Assembly: GCA_951406725.2 (NCBI GenBank)
Contig: OX597834.1
Span: forward strand, 46,128,001-46,192,000
Source of the DNA: Octopus vulgaris
Lineage: Eukaryota
Reading direction: 5' to 3'
Length of the DNA stretch: 64,000 nucleotides
Each line of letters opens with the position of its first letter. Positions within the stretch are counted from its first letter, which is position 1. Positions 28,240-42,463 of this stretch are shown here, in pieces. Below the pieces are notes generated by a model. That model had not been told where the DNA came from. It saw nothing but the letters and a program-made list of their open reading frames with translations, and ran no database searches. The position numbers were made by a program, and so were the translations under genes.

Positions 28240-29190
28240 TGCTAGTAATAGCAGGCAAGGCCTCACTTAAATCTCACGTTATTGCCTTTAAAAGGAAGTG
28301 GCACTAGATAATAAGGGCCTAGCATCCTTTTCAAAAGACATGAGGGCTACGGCTGGAATGTCGTTGATCGTAGATCTGTTTTGCCATCTTTTACCTGGTG
28401 CTAAGTAACAACAATAATGGAGGTATTACCAACAACTCTAATGGGAATAATGAGTTTGCAACGATAGTCGTTAAGCATTACCTAGTCTGCTAGAAATAGC
28501 AGCTAAATTCTCCTACTTCTACTTTACTGTCTTTATTAAGGGAGAATGAAGTACCGTGTACATAACCTTAAAAAGGAGGAAGCGTCACGGTCAGATTGTC
28601 TTTAATCAAATGTCTGATCGATCAGTGTTGACCTGAGGTAAAGAGGACAGAATATTAACAACAGGCATCACCAATAGCAACGAGGATCCAATATGAGAGC
28701 CTATATGTGACCTTTCGAATTCCTAGAAATAGAAACCAACTCTCCCTCAAATCAACGTCTTAAAACTGGATTCCTTGGTAATTGAAAGAAAAACAGGACA
28801 GGGTGGGCATGGTTGGAATGGCTTTGTCATGATTTTGCGCTGTCAAGGCTGACCTAAGGTTAAATAGTTAAACAGCAACGAGACCACAGTAGCTCTAACT
28901 GCATCGCTACTGAGAACAACAACGTTAGCAACAACCACGCCAATATCGCAGCATGGAACACATTAGCAACATTAGCAAAAGCGTTTTTGATTTGACGAAG
29001 AAATGGACGCTAAGTGGTCATGCGATATGCTAGAAATAGCAGCGACATCAGGCTCCGATCGCACCGACATCGTCGTCTTAAATACAGAAAGACGCTTTCG
29101 ATAATGTAGGCCTAGATATGATAACGGACGCGATGGTCGTTGCTGGAATGCATTTGATCGTGAAGCTCAAGGACGACCTGGGGCTAAACA
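28240..29190 (+). repeat. Four co-oriented copies of an old dispersed repeat (also at about 3320-3720, 12860-12950, 26555-26780 and 38840-39070)
   Basis: Recurring GCTAGAAATAGCAGC...GGCTGGAATG...GACCTGGGGCTAAACAAC framework. Confidence 0.65.
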
Positions 29191-29891
29191 AAAGCAAAGA
29201 TGATGGCAGAGGCAAATACTGCGATGCTGTTTGGCTCAGCCTCCAGCAACAACAACAAGAGCAACTAAAACAACAATCAGATGACAACCCCAACAACAAC
29301 AATAACAAAGCACGACCACCATAAACACTATGGCAGCTGCTGCTACTGTTTTGCCTACTGCGACTACTACTACTGCTGCTGCTGCTACTAATAATATAAA
29401 TACTGCAATAAATGGTCGTTATTAGTTTTGCAATTGTTACTATTGTTGCTACTACTACTACAACTACTACTAATATTGCTGCTTCCTTGCTGCTGCTGCT
29501 ATCATTAGCACATAATAGATGTGCACGTACAAATTGTTCGCATTCGCGTAGACGCATTCTCCCTCATACACGCACACACACGCATGCACGCACTCACAAA
29601 CGCAGGCGATTACACGTGCACGCGCGCGATGGCATCCACACGCAGATTCCTACGCATATACGTTCGTTGTCACATGCAAGTCACACGCGCAGCAGCTATG
29701 TGTGTGTGCGTGGATTTATATATATGTATGTATGTACGTATATATATATACATATAACTATATACATATATATACAAAGACACGAACACATACACATATT
29801 TGCGTATATGTTTATAATTACATATACGTATGTCTATATATATGTATACATATATCCATATACATATATATACACAAACATATATATATAC

Positions 29892-29939
<48 letters not shown>

Positions 29940-30019
29940 TTTATTTAAAGCATATTACTCTACCACTGGTATTTGAGTACTCTTTTTTCCACCTTGTTTC
30001 ACATTTATGTGTTTACTCC

Positions 30020-30064
<45 letters not shown>

Positions 30065-30521
30065 GCATGTATATAGACATATATATACAAGCATAAACAT
30101 ATGCATATAATATACACATAGAGTAATGGTTTTGCATTATAATTATTGCATTGGACAAAATGCATTGCAAATATTTTGCTACCAATCAATTGGTTTTGCG
30201 TTCAAATCTCGGTTACTAGAAGTGTGTCTTCTAGTCAATCGCGCATGTTACCATGTATAACTAGACGGGTGCTGGAATCCATATCATTGGTTGTTCGATT
30301 TTCTATATAGTCAATAGGAATGATCTCCCGTAAATGGATACCGCTGATTAGCGATGGATCGATCAATCAACAGATTTGTATTTTACCCACGCTGGGTGGC
30401 TGGGTGTGTATGTTTTGGGATGATTAGGTTCAAGAAAATAGGTTTGTTTAATAACATATGAGCGAGTGCTGTTGCATGTGTACGGAGACGCAAAGGAGTA
30501 TGAACGCATATATAAATATAC

Positions 30522-30600
<79 letters not shown>

Positions 30601-30625
30601 CGTACATTTATATAAATACATATAT

Positions 30626-30656
<31 letters not shown>

Positions 30657-30691
30657 CATATACGCACATGTATGTACGTATGTATCTGTGT

Positions 30692-30722
<31 letters not shown>

Positions 30723-30754
30723 GTACATTTATATAAATACATATATATACATAC

Positions 30755-30799
<45 letters not shown>

Positions 30800-30833
30800 C
30801 ATATACACACATGTATGTAAGTATGTATCTGTG

Positions 30834-30876
<43 letters not shown>

Positions 30877-32553
30877 GGCATATATAATTTGTGCCTATAT
30901 TTATGACAGACATGCATAGTTGCACACAGTCGTGCAAGAACCATTTTGGCTGGTGTAAGGAACATTGTTTAGAGAGGAGGAGAAAACCACGTGCCATGTA
31001 TATATAGGGTAGGTTAGCGACGAATGTGAAACGGGTAACGGCATGGAAGGAGAGAGAGAGAGACATATTGAGGCAATGGGTAAGTGAGAGAGCCAGAGAG
31101 CAAGAAGAGAGACGGAGGGTATGAAAGAGAGAAAGATACTGAAAAGTGACGGAGATGGAAAGAAAATGAAGTTGAACATTGAAGCATGGAGATGAATAAA
31201 AAGCGGTGTATGGAAAGGAATAAGTGAAAATGAATAAAGAGTAAAGGAGTAGGAAGAAGAATGAATGGGAAGGAAAAGAAAAGGAAAGAAAGAATAAGAG
31301 AGAAAGGGAATGATTGCAAACAAGGTAAAGGAAATGTAAAAAAGGAAAAAACTAGAAAGAAGTGAAAGAGAGAGAGAGAGAGAGAGAGAGGGGGTGAAGT
31401 GAAGAAAAAAGAGATACAGAGGAAAACGATTGAGTGATTAGAAATAGAGAGAAACAGAGAAGAAAGAATCAGAAAAGAGAGGGAGAGAAAGAGAGAGAGA
31501 AAGAAAAGTAGAGAGATGGGAGAAAGTTTGCGAGAAAAATATAGAGAGGGGATTGAGTAGAAAGAGAGAGAGAGAAAAGGAAGAAAGTAAAAAGGAAGAA
31601 GTGATGAAACGAGGAAAATTGGGGTGCATTAAAAAGTGAAAGATGAGAGAAAAAGAGAGAAGGGAATGAAAGTAGGAAGTGTGTTTGTTTGTGGATGTTT
31701 TTAATTAATTAGTAAAAACTTATATACACAGCAAGGAAGAGTAAAATATAAGCTTAAAGTGACATGAAATTAGAGATAAGCAGCAAAAAAAATAGATAGA
31801 GAAGTAGAGAGAGAGAGAGAAAGAAAGAAAGAAAGAAAGAGAGAGATCGAAAGAGTTACGAAAAAGTGGACAAGAGAAAAAGAACAAAAAATTATAGCAA
31901 ACAAAAAAAAAAGAAGAGAAAAATTAAGTTTATTTTCCGTTTTGCATTATTTCACCTGCGAAAACTGACGGAGAGAAAGAGAGAGAAAGAGAGAGAATCA
32001 GTGAATGAAGGAATGCGTATAACGATGAGAGAGATTGAAGAACAGAATTAGAGAGACATGAAGGAGAGATAGAAAGAAAGTAGAATGTGATAAATAGGGG
32101 AAATGTGAAACGTAATAGTGAATGAAGATAACGAGAGTGAAGGAATTCAGAAGAAAGAAAGAAAATAATGGTTCTGAAAGATTTGAAGGGAAAAAGACAA
32201 TATATATATAATTTAAGTCAGTTAAACTGCTACAAAATACACACAGATACACATACACGCATAAGGAATGAATAAGTTATATGGAGAACGAAACACGATG
32301 AAAAGGAAGGAGAAGAACAGAGACAAAAAGAGAGGGAAAGAGAAAATAGGCAATGGCCTTTTTTTATTTTTGTTTATTTTTTAAGGTATTCAAACTAATG
32401 CAAAACAAAACACGCATGTTTGAATGTGTGGTTATATGTAAATATATACGATTGTGCGCGCGTGTGTTGTGTGTGTATGTGCACGTGCATATTTGTATAT
32501 ATGTATGTGTGTGTGTGTGTGTACGCATATATGTATGTATGTACATATATATG

Positions 32554-32587
<34 letters not shown>

Positions 32588-32792
32588 CAATCATTTTGTA
32601 ATACGTGTACGCTCTGTCTCTCTTCTCTCTCTCCATCTCTTCTTCCCATTGACCTCTCTTTCTCTCCCTCTCTCTCCCTCTCTCCCCCCTCTCTCCCTCT
32701 CTCTCATACACACGCACATACAGTAAACATCCAATACTTTTGACTAGAAAATCAACAATTGATAAAAGTATAATGTTACTTAATTGCAGAGT

Positions 32793-32860
<68 letters not shown>

Positions 32861-34146
32861 GCACACATACACACACACACATGTATTTATACGTTCTTAC
32901 ATATAAAGTGAGTGAGAGAGAGAGAGAGAGAGAGAGAGAATATTTTTTCACTAAATTAGAGAAGAAGGAAAAACGAGTAAAAGACATAGAAAGAAAGAGG
33001 AAAAGAAAGAGGAAAAGATAGAAGAGTAGAAAATGAACAGAGAAAGAGAAAAGAACGATGGAAAGAAAGTGAAGAAAATCATTAATTTGTAGCATTCTTT
33101 CATATTTTGTAAATATATAATATATATAACTCTGCAGAAGTAGTAGAATGAATGTGTGAAGAGGTTTTCGTTTCGAATGACGAAAGAAATGTGACGTGTG
33201 AAAAGTAAACGATGAGAAAACATGGGTAGAAAAAGAGAGGAAGTGCGAGAGTGAGAGAGAGAGACAGAGAGAGAGAGAGAGACAGAGACAAACGGAGAGA
33301 TCGGCTTAGATTGAGAAATTTAGGGAAGATGAGAAACTAGAAAGATAAAAAAGAAAACAGTATGATAGGAAAATAAGAGATGTGTGTGATCGAAAGCGTG
33401 CCAGAAAAGAGAGACGTAGATAGAGAGAGAGAGAAATAGACGTAGATAGAGAGATGTGTTGATGGAGATTGAGAAAGATGCGGATAGAGAGAGAGAAATA
33501 GAGAGAGACGGAGTGATGCATAGATAAGAGAAAGACTGGTGAGAAAAGTAATGAAAAAGAAAGAAACAAAGTTGTGAAAGAGAGAAAAAGAGAAAGATGT
33601 TTGCGTGTGAGAAAGTGTGGAAGAATAGAAAGAGAGCGAAGTAGGGAGAGAGAGAGAGAGAGATGGCGACAAAATGAGAAAGTGAATGAGTGAATCACAG
33701 AAAGGTAAACATACAAAGTGAAACAAACATGGAAAGAGAGAGAGAGAGAGAGAGAGAAAGATACAGGGAGACGGATTGAAGCAAAGCGAAAAACAGTTAG
33801 GGAAGATAATACAGAAGAAAAAACAAAGTTGTGATGGAGAGAAAAGGGAGAGATGTTTGTTGTTAGAAAGTGTGACAGAAAAGAGAGAAAGACGTGTAGA
33901 GAGGAAGATAGCGAAAGAGAAAGGGAGACTCATAAAAGGGTAGAAAGAAAGAGAGAGAGAGAGAAAGATTTAGACAGAGAGAAATAAAGACAGAGAGAAA
34001 AATACACAGCGATAAAAGAAACACAAGGAGAGAAAGCGTGATAAGGAGAAATATACGAAGAGCGAAAAAAAAAAGAATTTATTTTGGACTTTAAAAGAAA
34101 GAAAAGCGAAAATGATAACAATAACAAAAATATAAATGGACATTAC

Positions 34147-34216
34147 CTGGATGAAGAAGAAGAAGCCAGCAGGAGATGAACAAGGCGAAAAAGTGTGTCT
34201 GCGTTGAAAGAGACAT
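34147..34216 (-). CDS. Probable first coding exon of a secreted or membrane protein (signal peptide MSLSTQTHFFALFISCWLLLLHP + first base of next codon)
   Basis: Minus strand reads ATAATC-ATG (A at -3), then 23 codons with a hydrophobic core (FFALFISCWLLLL), then CCA G|GTAATG, a canonical donor in phase 1. It is a non-repetitive island inside low-complexity DNA. No in-frame ATG lies between it and the upstream stop (34654-34652). No downstream exon was identified in the window. Confidence 0.65.
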
Positions 34217-34361
34217 GATTATTTGTTGCGGTACCGGTTTACTCTCTCGTAATTCTGCCTCTCTTCCTACTATCCTCCTTAATCGGTATCGCTGGCGTGG
34301 CAGACAACAAACAACAGCGCTGATGGTGGTGCTGGTGGTGGTAGCGGCGATGACGATGCAC

Positions 34362-34426
<65 letters not shown>

Positions 34427-35069
34427 GAAACTGCTGCTACTGCTGTTTCGCTTGGAACTGCTGTTGCTGCTGCTGCTGCTGCCTTTCCTGCTGCTGTTGC
34501 TGTTGCTGCTACTGCTGCTGTTGCTCTTACTATTATTATTGTTGTTGACGCTGTTGTTGTTGTTGTTGTTGCTGCTGCTGCTACTACTAGTGCTGCTGTG
34601 GTGGTACTGTTGTTGTATTTGTTGATATTGACAATGATGCTGATGATGATGTTACTGTTGCTGCTGTTTTTGTTGCTGCTGTTGTTGGTTCTTATTCGGT
34701 AACTAGTGATGATGTTGTTGTCCTTGTTGGTGGTGTTGGTGACGAATCTGTTGGCGGTGATGTGTGTTCTGCTACATTGATGATGGTGACGACGTTGCTG
34801 CTACAGCTGCCGCTAGTGGTGACGATGACTGGTAGTGGTACAAGTGGCGGTGTTGATGTTGCTGTTGGTGGTGTTGGTATTGCTAGTGGTGGTGGTAGTG
34901 GTGGTAGTGGTGGTGGAGGTAGTGGTGGCGGTGGTGGTTTGTCGTGATGATGGTGGTACCACGTTCTTTTTTATGTTAATAGTATTACGTTGCCTTCCCG
35001 CTAGATGTCAACGATGCAGCCGCTGTCCTCAGCGATTCTCATGTCGTTGTCGCTCTCAATATATATACG

Positions 35070-35147
<78 letters not shown>

Positions 35148-35279
35148 TTGTTATTGTTTATTTTTATTTTATTTTCTTGTTAGTTTAGATTCTTGTTACT
35201 AATGTTGTTGTTGTAGTTGTTGTTCACGTAACATCAACATCAACAGCAGCAGCAGCAGCAGTCACACTAGTTTTATTCT

Positions 35280-35310
<31 letters not shown>

Positions 35311-36456
35311 GCCTTGTGATCCTCGGCAACGTTGACAATAAATCAGGCAACAGTCTTTTCTGTTCTACCTTTGTATATATTCTTCAGTCCAGTTTTCTCT
35401 TATGGTTGTGTGTGTGTGTATGCGTGTGGTCTACGTTGTGTTTATGGTTCTTTTGCGTTATGTATGTTGTTAGTTATCTAAAGAGTTATGGTCATTTTGT
35501 TTTGCTTTCACTTTTTCGTCTTTAGTTTTAGAATGTGTCAGGTATTATTTTCTAAAGTATGTATATGTAAGATTCGCGTTTGTATACTTTTTCTGGTTTT
35601 AGTTGGTTTGCTTTTTGTTGATTTTCTTTTCTGGTTGTGCTGTTTTGTAGTTTTTGCGTTTGTGTTTGTGTTGTTGCGATGTTGTGTTGTGCAGTGTTTG
35701 AGGGTATGTTGTGCTGGGTGCTGGGTGCTAGATGCTGGGTGTTGTGTTATGTTGTGCTGTGTTGCGCTATGCTACGTTGTGTTTTTGTACTGGTGTGTTG
35801 CGTGGTTTCCTATGTGTAGTTGTGCTAAGTTTCTAGTGTGAGCGTATGCGTCAATCAGATGTGCGTGTGTGTGTCTCTGTGTATGTGTTTGTGTGTGCGT
35901 GTACGTGTACGTGTCTCTGTTTGTGTGTATGCATACGGGTTACTCCCGCTTGCGTTGTGTGCTGTGTGGCGCTAGTATTTCGTACGAAATTCGTTCCTTG
36001 TTATATTGCACAATACTTATCGGTGTGTGGTGTTGTGTTTGAATCCGTTGCGTTGTGCTGTGGTTTCTCGTCTCACCTTTCCCCGTCTGTTGTGTTCTAC
36101 CTTTTATTCTGCTATCCTCTGAAACACCATAGGTTGTCATGTCTTTTTTTTCAGGTGGTAAGTTTTACGTTTGTTTATTTGTCGCACACCGTTCGGCAAC
36201 CTTTGTGTTTATCTATCACATACCTCTAACAACAGGTGCTTCCTTATTGCTGCTTCTGTTAACCATACTATTCGCACTGTCAACGCCGATGATGTTGCTG
36301 TTATTGTTAATGTCTCTCTCATTCTCACTATTACCAGTGTTATTCCTATTATTGTCAACGCCGTTACTCATGTTGGTAGTGAAGTTTACTTGTTTACTAC
36401 GAAAACTGTTGGAATTTATTTTATTAATGCAAAAGTTCTATGTCTTCTATTTTCTT

Positions 36457-36533
<77 letters not shown>

Positions 36534-36719
36534 CTTCTTCTTCTTCAGATTATTATAATCATTTTTCCCTTTATTTTTTTTAAATCTTATTCTTTCTAAA
36601 ACTATTCTAACCGCATCTTAGCTCTATCTCACATCGAGTCGGCTTTTATTTTTCCCTCTCCTCTTCATTGCTCTTCATATTTTTTCCCAACTGTTTTTTC
36701 TTCGTGTGCCTATCTTTTT

Positions 36720-36895
36720 CTGCTACAGTTGATATTGCCCTTCTTCTTATTCTTCTTCTTCTTCTTCTTCTTCTTCTTCTTCTTCTTCTTCTTCTTCTTC
36801 TTCTTCTTCTTCTTCTTCTTCTTCTTCTTTTTTTCTGTTTACGCAGCTACAGTTTTTGCTTTACTTTCTCCTGTCATCACCATCATCATCACCAT

Positions 36896-36927
<32 letters not shown>

Positions 36928-36959
36928 TTGTTATTATTATTATTATTATTATTATTGTT

Positions 36960-36995
<36 letters not shown>

Positions 36996-37106
36996 ATTAT
37001 TACTCATTGTCATTCTTGTTGTTGCTGTTGATTTCGCTGTTGTCATTGGAAGTTGTTCCTGTTTTGTTGGTGGTCATTCTTTTCTGTGTGCATCAGACCG
37101 TTTTAC

Positions 37107-37177
<71 letters not shown>

Positions 37178-37307
37178 ATACTAATACTAATACTACTACT
37201 ACTATTACTACTACTACTATTACTACTAATACTATTATTTCCTTATTCTTTACTTTTATTATTTGTCTTTCTTCAAAACATTTGTAGTGGCGGTTGTTGT
37301 TGTTGTG

Positions 37308-37366
<59 letters not shown>

Positions 37367-37380
37367 TATTGTTGTTGCTG
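36720..37380. repeat. Compound trinucleotide array (CTT/ATT/GTT/ACT/AGT)
   Basis: Direct inspection. Confidence 0.95.
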
Positions 37381-38282
37381 TCGTATTTCTAATCGGAGAG
37401 AGACAGAGAAAAGGGGGGATTGTAATAACCGAGTTTATCTTCAAATTCTTTCTTAAGCACTCCCCCCCACCTGCACATACACACATTGTTATAAAAGGAA
37501 GCCGAAGAAATGACAAGGTGGACATATCCAATTAATGACCGTCGCAGTCTCATTTCCTGATTGATGTTGTTGTTACTGCTATTGTTTTCACAGTTTTGTA
37601 GCCGTCGTTGTTGTTGTTGATATTGTTTTTATTGTTGTTGACCTCCCTGCTACTGCTGCTGCTGCTGCTGCTGCTACTGTTGTTGTCGCCGTCCTCCCCG
37701 CTGTTTTTATCATTGTTGTTTTTGTTGGTAGTGGTGGTCATGGCGGTGGTAGTGATGTAATTTTGTCGCAGTTACATATACTGAGAGATATACCTAAAGA
37801 TAAGGGAAATTGCGTAATGGATGTATGTATGTGTACATGCGTGTGTCTTTGTGTCTGTGTGTGTGTATGTGTGTATTTGCCAGTTTTTATCTGTCTACAT
37901 ATCTATGTGCCTGTATTTGCATACGTCTCGGTAAATATATATATATATATATATATATGCACATGCCTATGTATGTGCGAGTGTGTTAGTGTGTGTATGG
38001 TGTATGTATGTGACGCTTTGCATGTGTGTGTGTGTGCCGTAAAGAAAACCGAGGGAGAGAGAATAAAAGAGATTAGAGGAAGACAGAGAAAAGGGGAAGG
38101 TGGGGAAGAAGAATGAAATTAAGAAAAGAAAGAACGCAAAAGCGAAAAAACAAAAAGGAAAGAAAGAATATATTAATGAATTAATAATAGAATAAAAGAA
38201 AGAAATAATGGAAGGAAGAATGAATTAAAGAATCAAAATAAGAAAAAGAAATATTGAAAGAAAAAAAGAGAAAAAGCCACGA

Positions 38283-38630
<348 letters not shown>

Positions 38631-39316
38631 GAAGAAATCAAAGGAAAAAATGAAAGTAAAAATAGTTGGAAGTGAAAGAGCTGTACTTAACGGCAAAAGT
38701 ACTTCGAAAGAAATGTAGAAAAGTTGGATCAGTTCTAGGTGGCGCTGGTGTTGTTTTTATTGTTGTTGTTGCTGCTGTTGCTGCTGCCGATGTTATTGTT
38801 GTTGTTGATGTTGTTACCGTTGTCCTTCTTTAGTTCCACCTTTTGTGTGAACCCTGGTCGGTGGAACCGACCAATGGTCAAAGGCAAGATATTCCGGCCA
38901 ACCCTGACCATCGCGTCAATTTTTTGATATCAAGCAACTGACAACTAGATGATTTCAATCCGACCTTCTTTTTTTTCCTTTAAGACGATGCTAACATATG
39001 ATTTTTCAGCAAGCTGTGGCTGCCATTTCTAGTAGGTCAGCCGACCACATAGAGGCATCTTCATTGGTTCATATTTATAGTTATCGTTCTTTTTGTTGTT
39101 GTTATATTAGTTGCTGTTATTGTTCATCATGTTGTAGTTGTTTTGTGAGGGGCGGGGATATTTGGGGGTTTCTATTGCTTCTTCTCTTGCCTAGACACCT
39201 CCTCCCATACCCACTACTCCTCCCCTTCCCCATTACTGCTGCTGCTGGTGCTGCGGTTATTACCTCTTCATATATTCTTTGCTGCTGTTACTGTTGTTGG
39301 TGCTGCTACTTTCTCC

Positions 39317-39373
<57 letters not shown>

Positions 39374-39829
39374 ATCCCACCTCTTTTTGTCTCCTCTTCT
39401 CTAATCCACATCTCGCATATCCTCTCTTCTTCCCTCCCTTTCTCCTCTCATTCCACCCGAGACCACCCTACCCGACCCTCACCTACCCGAACTCACCCGT
39501 CACATCCATTCCCCACCTCCATCTCCCCCTCCAGCACCTTATCACCCTCCTCTTATTCATCCTCATCCTCTCACTCTTATTAAATATCGCCAAATGTAGA
39601 ATATTAATTCTTAACGGAATTGGTGATGGAATCACTCGTTTCCAAATTCAATATTCCCTTCTCCACAGCATCGATATTTATTCATATTCACATCTTTAAA
39701 CCAGGATGTGTTTTCTCTTTCAGCGTCCTGTTTTGGAGGCTTCTTCTTTCTGTGTTTTTCTTTTTTCCTTTTCTGTAAGCAATCACCCACTTGATGGCGA
39801 GGTTATAAAGCTAAAACAAAATATTTAAT

Positions 39830-40735
39830 AACAAAAGTGAAAGGGAAGTTGGTCACCTTCTTTTCTCTCATCCGTTGCTCAGTTCTTTACTCTAAAAATG
39901 TTGAAACGAAAAAGGGGAAAGATGTGGCCTCGTCTGTCCCGTCATCCTTTGCACATTTAGTTCCCGTAAAAGAAATATGAAAAATATATATATAATATCA
40001 GAGGGCAAAAGTATGTTGTCTCATCGTTTTTCATCATCCAAAAAAACATTTTCAAAAACATGAGTTGGCCCCGTATCTTTTTCCGTCATCCTTAAAAAGT
40101 CATTTGCCCTAAAAGAGATTTAAAGAAAAATAGGAAAGAAGAGGTGGACCCGTTTTTCCCCTGCATCCTTTGCACAATTATTTCCTCTAAAACATATTTG
40201 AGAGAAAATAAATAATAAATAAAAGAGGGCAAAAGTATGTTGTCTCGTTTCTTTCTCTTGTCAGCCACCAGGAAAACCATTGGCCTTGAAAAAAATTCAA
40301 GAAAAAAAAGAAGGAAAGAAGATGCGGTCTTGTTTTTCCTATCTTCCTTTGCTCTATCATTGATACTTTAAACAAATTGCAAGGAATGCATGTAGTTGCC
40401 TTACCCTTTAAAGAATGTTTTGAAAATGGGATATGATTCCGTTATTCTCGTCATATTTTTGCACAATATTTTACCCTAAAAGATAAATAAGAACGAGAAA
40501 ACAAAAGCAATAGGAAGATGGTCTTGTTTTTTGGCCATCCTTAGCGCAAACATTTGCCATGGAAAACAATTTTCTTAGGAATAAGAGAAAAAGAACAGAA
40601 GACAAATAGTCTTCTCCTTCTCGTTGTCGTTTGCACAATTATTCATCGTGGAAAATATATTTAAAAAATAAGGAAAAGTGAGAGGCTTTCGCTCTCTCCC
40701 TTCATGCTTTGCACCATCATTGTGTTCTCAAGAAA
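39830..40735 (+). repeat. Degenerate tandem repeat of about 80-90 bp
   Basis: Recurring GTCATCCTTTGCACAATTATTT..CCTAAAA motif, about 10 units. Confidence 0.65.
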
Positions 40736-40958
40736 AAACTCAGCCAAAAAACCCAAGTGTAAAATAAGCATTCTTCGTGGAAAATGGCGATTTTGACGTC
40801 TATATCTAGCATATAGGCTGTCCACTTTTAGTGTTCAGTCTTCTAAATTTTGTACGTAAAAAAATTTTTAATCTTCGGATTTTTTTAAAATATGCTAAGC
40901 CACTGGTTTTAATTGATTAATATCAATTTCTACCCTTATTTAATTATATATATACACA

Positions 40959-42159
40959 CAGGGTGTGTCAATTTTTTGAAGTCATATGTATGAATTTAGA
41001 AAAAGACGTTCAGTTCATCAAAGGAAGGCTGTTTTTGTAAAGAAATTGGTGCAGGTAATCCTGAGAATTCTTTTATCACATCTACTCAATTAATCCACCG
41101 TCAACATCAGAGACTACTTCAAAATGGGGTCGGTGGTGTTGTCATATGAGTATCAGATAATCTTTATCAATTTGGGAAATAATGCTGCTTATAGCAGACT
41201 TGAGAGACGGTAAGGTGTTAAGGAGGCGTTGCTTGTTATCTATCTCGACTGTTCCTCATGAATAATACTAGGAAGCCATGTGTCTGGGAGTCATGATCAT
41301 TGTGATAGGCACACATCTACGTTTAGGTTGTCCAAGCCTTATGAGAAGGTGCAGAGTTTTGTTGCTAGAGGTATAGGATTTCCATTGCACACTCTATCCA
41401 TCCACGGCCATAAAGCTTTCTCCAAAAGCGATGTGTAGACAGTAGCATTAACTCTTAAACCCTTTGTAAAAAGTGGTGAGGTATTATATCTCCCTCGTTG
41501 CTAACGGCTCCCAGAAAAATCACAGTTACTGAAAACATAGTAAGCATAATATAAGGAATCTCACTTGGGTCTCTGCATAACCATCTGTCGTTCCTTTGGT
41601 TTATACTTTGGTTTTGATAGAAGTTTACCTCATCGGAGAAAAGCCTAAACATCCAGCCTCTTGGTGTTTCAACTTGTTTAGTATGTGCTTTGCACGGATC
41701 GAACGATTCTTTACTGTCACATCGAACAGAAACTGACTCCTCAGCATCGTATATGACCTGTACCGGAAGTCCTCGTGCACATCTCTTCGAATGGTGCATT
41801 CTAAAACCTTGAGATCTCTTGCAATAAATTTGATTTCCGGGTATTTTAGCTATTATTTCTTGATTGTTTTCGACTACTTTATATGTCATGATGCTATTAG
41901 GACCCTGCGCATGCGTTGAGATCAGCTGCTAATATTGAATCCCCATCTGCAGCCTCCAGCTCCTTTAAAACTTTGACAACGAAGGATCGGGAAAATTTTC
42001 AGAAGAGAGCAATCTCTGTATCACTAAACCGCGATTCTGCCTTTTCATTTGCTTATTTAATCTTTTGTTAACCTTTTATTTGAAAAATACTGCAAAAAAA
42101 AAACGAGTTAGAATAATGTCAGAGCTCTTGAAAGAGGTGTCATCAAAAAGCTGATATAT

Positions 42160-42162
<3 letters not shown>
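40959..42162 (-). mobile_element. Decayed Tc1/mariner-superfamily DNA transposon, DD37D (maT)-like transposase
   Basis: Minus ORF 41455-41889 contains FSDEVNFYQNQSINQRNDRWLCRDPSEIPYIMLTMFSVTVIFLGAVSNEGDIIPHHF. Left end CAGGGTGTGTCAATTTTTTGA has a degenerate inverted match TCAAAAAGCTGATATATCCAT near 42144-42164, and both ends abut TA-rich repeats. Confidence 0.8.
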
Positions 42163-42197
<35 letters not shown>

Positions 42198-42200
<3 letters not shown>

Positions 42201-42463
42201 TAATCTCTCGCCATATCGCGGTTCACCTATCGCACACTCAGTACACCGCGGTTCACCTGTCACGCACACAGTATATCGCGGTTCACTTATCGCGCACTCA
42301 GTACTTCGCGGATTTTCCTGGGTAATAAAGGTAAATTTATAATGCGGACTCCTTAGTATTTCGCGGGTTTCTGCAGCCGATAGTTCTTTATATCTTTTTA
42401 GATTTTAATTATTTCCGCGGGAAGTTTTGGAACGTAACACACGTGATAGTCGAGTGATTACTA
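42198..42463. mobile_element. pogo/Tigger-like MITE with three internal 30-bp tandem repeats
   Basis: TA|CAGTAATCTCTCG ... CGAGTGATTACTA|TA terminal inverted repeats. Internal unit TATCGCGGTTCACCTATCGCGCACTCAGTA occurs 3 times at 42214-42303. Confidence 0.75.

Noticed and set aside
34176-34625. Plus-strand 149-aa poly-Leu ORF
   Set aside because: It is the antisense shadow of the minus-strand exon and its CTA/CTG repeats; the splice and signal-peptide evidence is on the minus strand.
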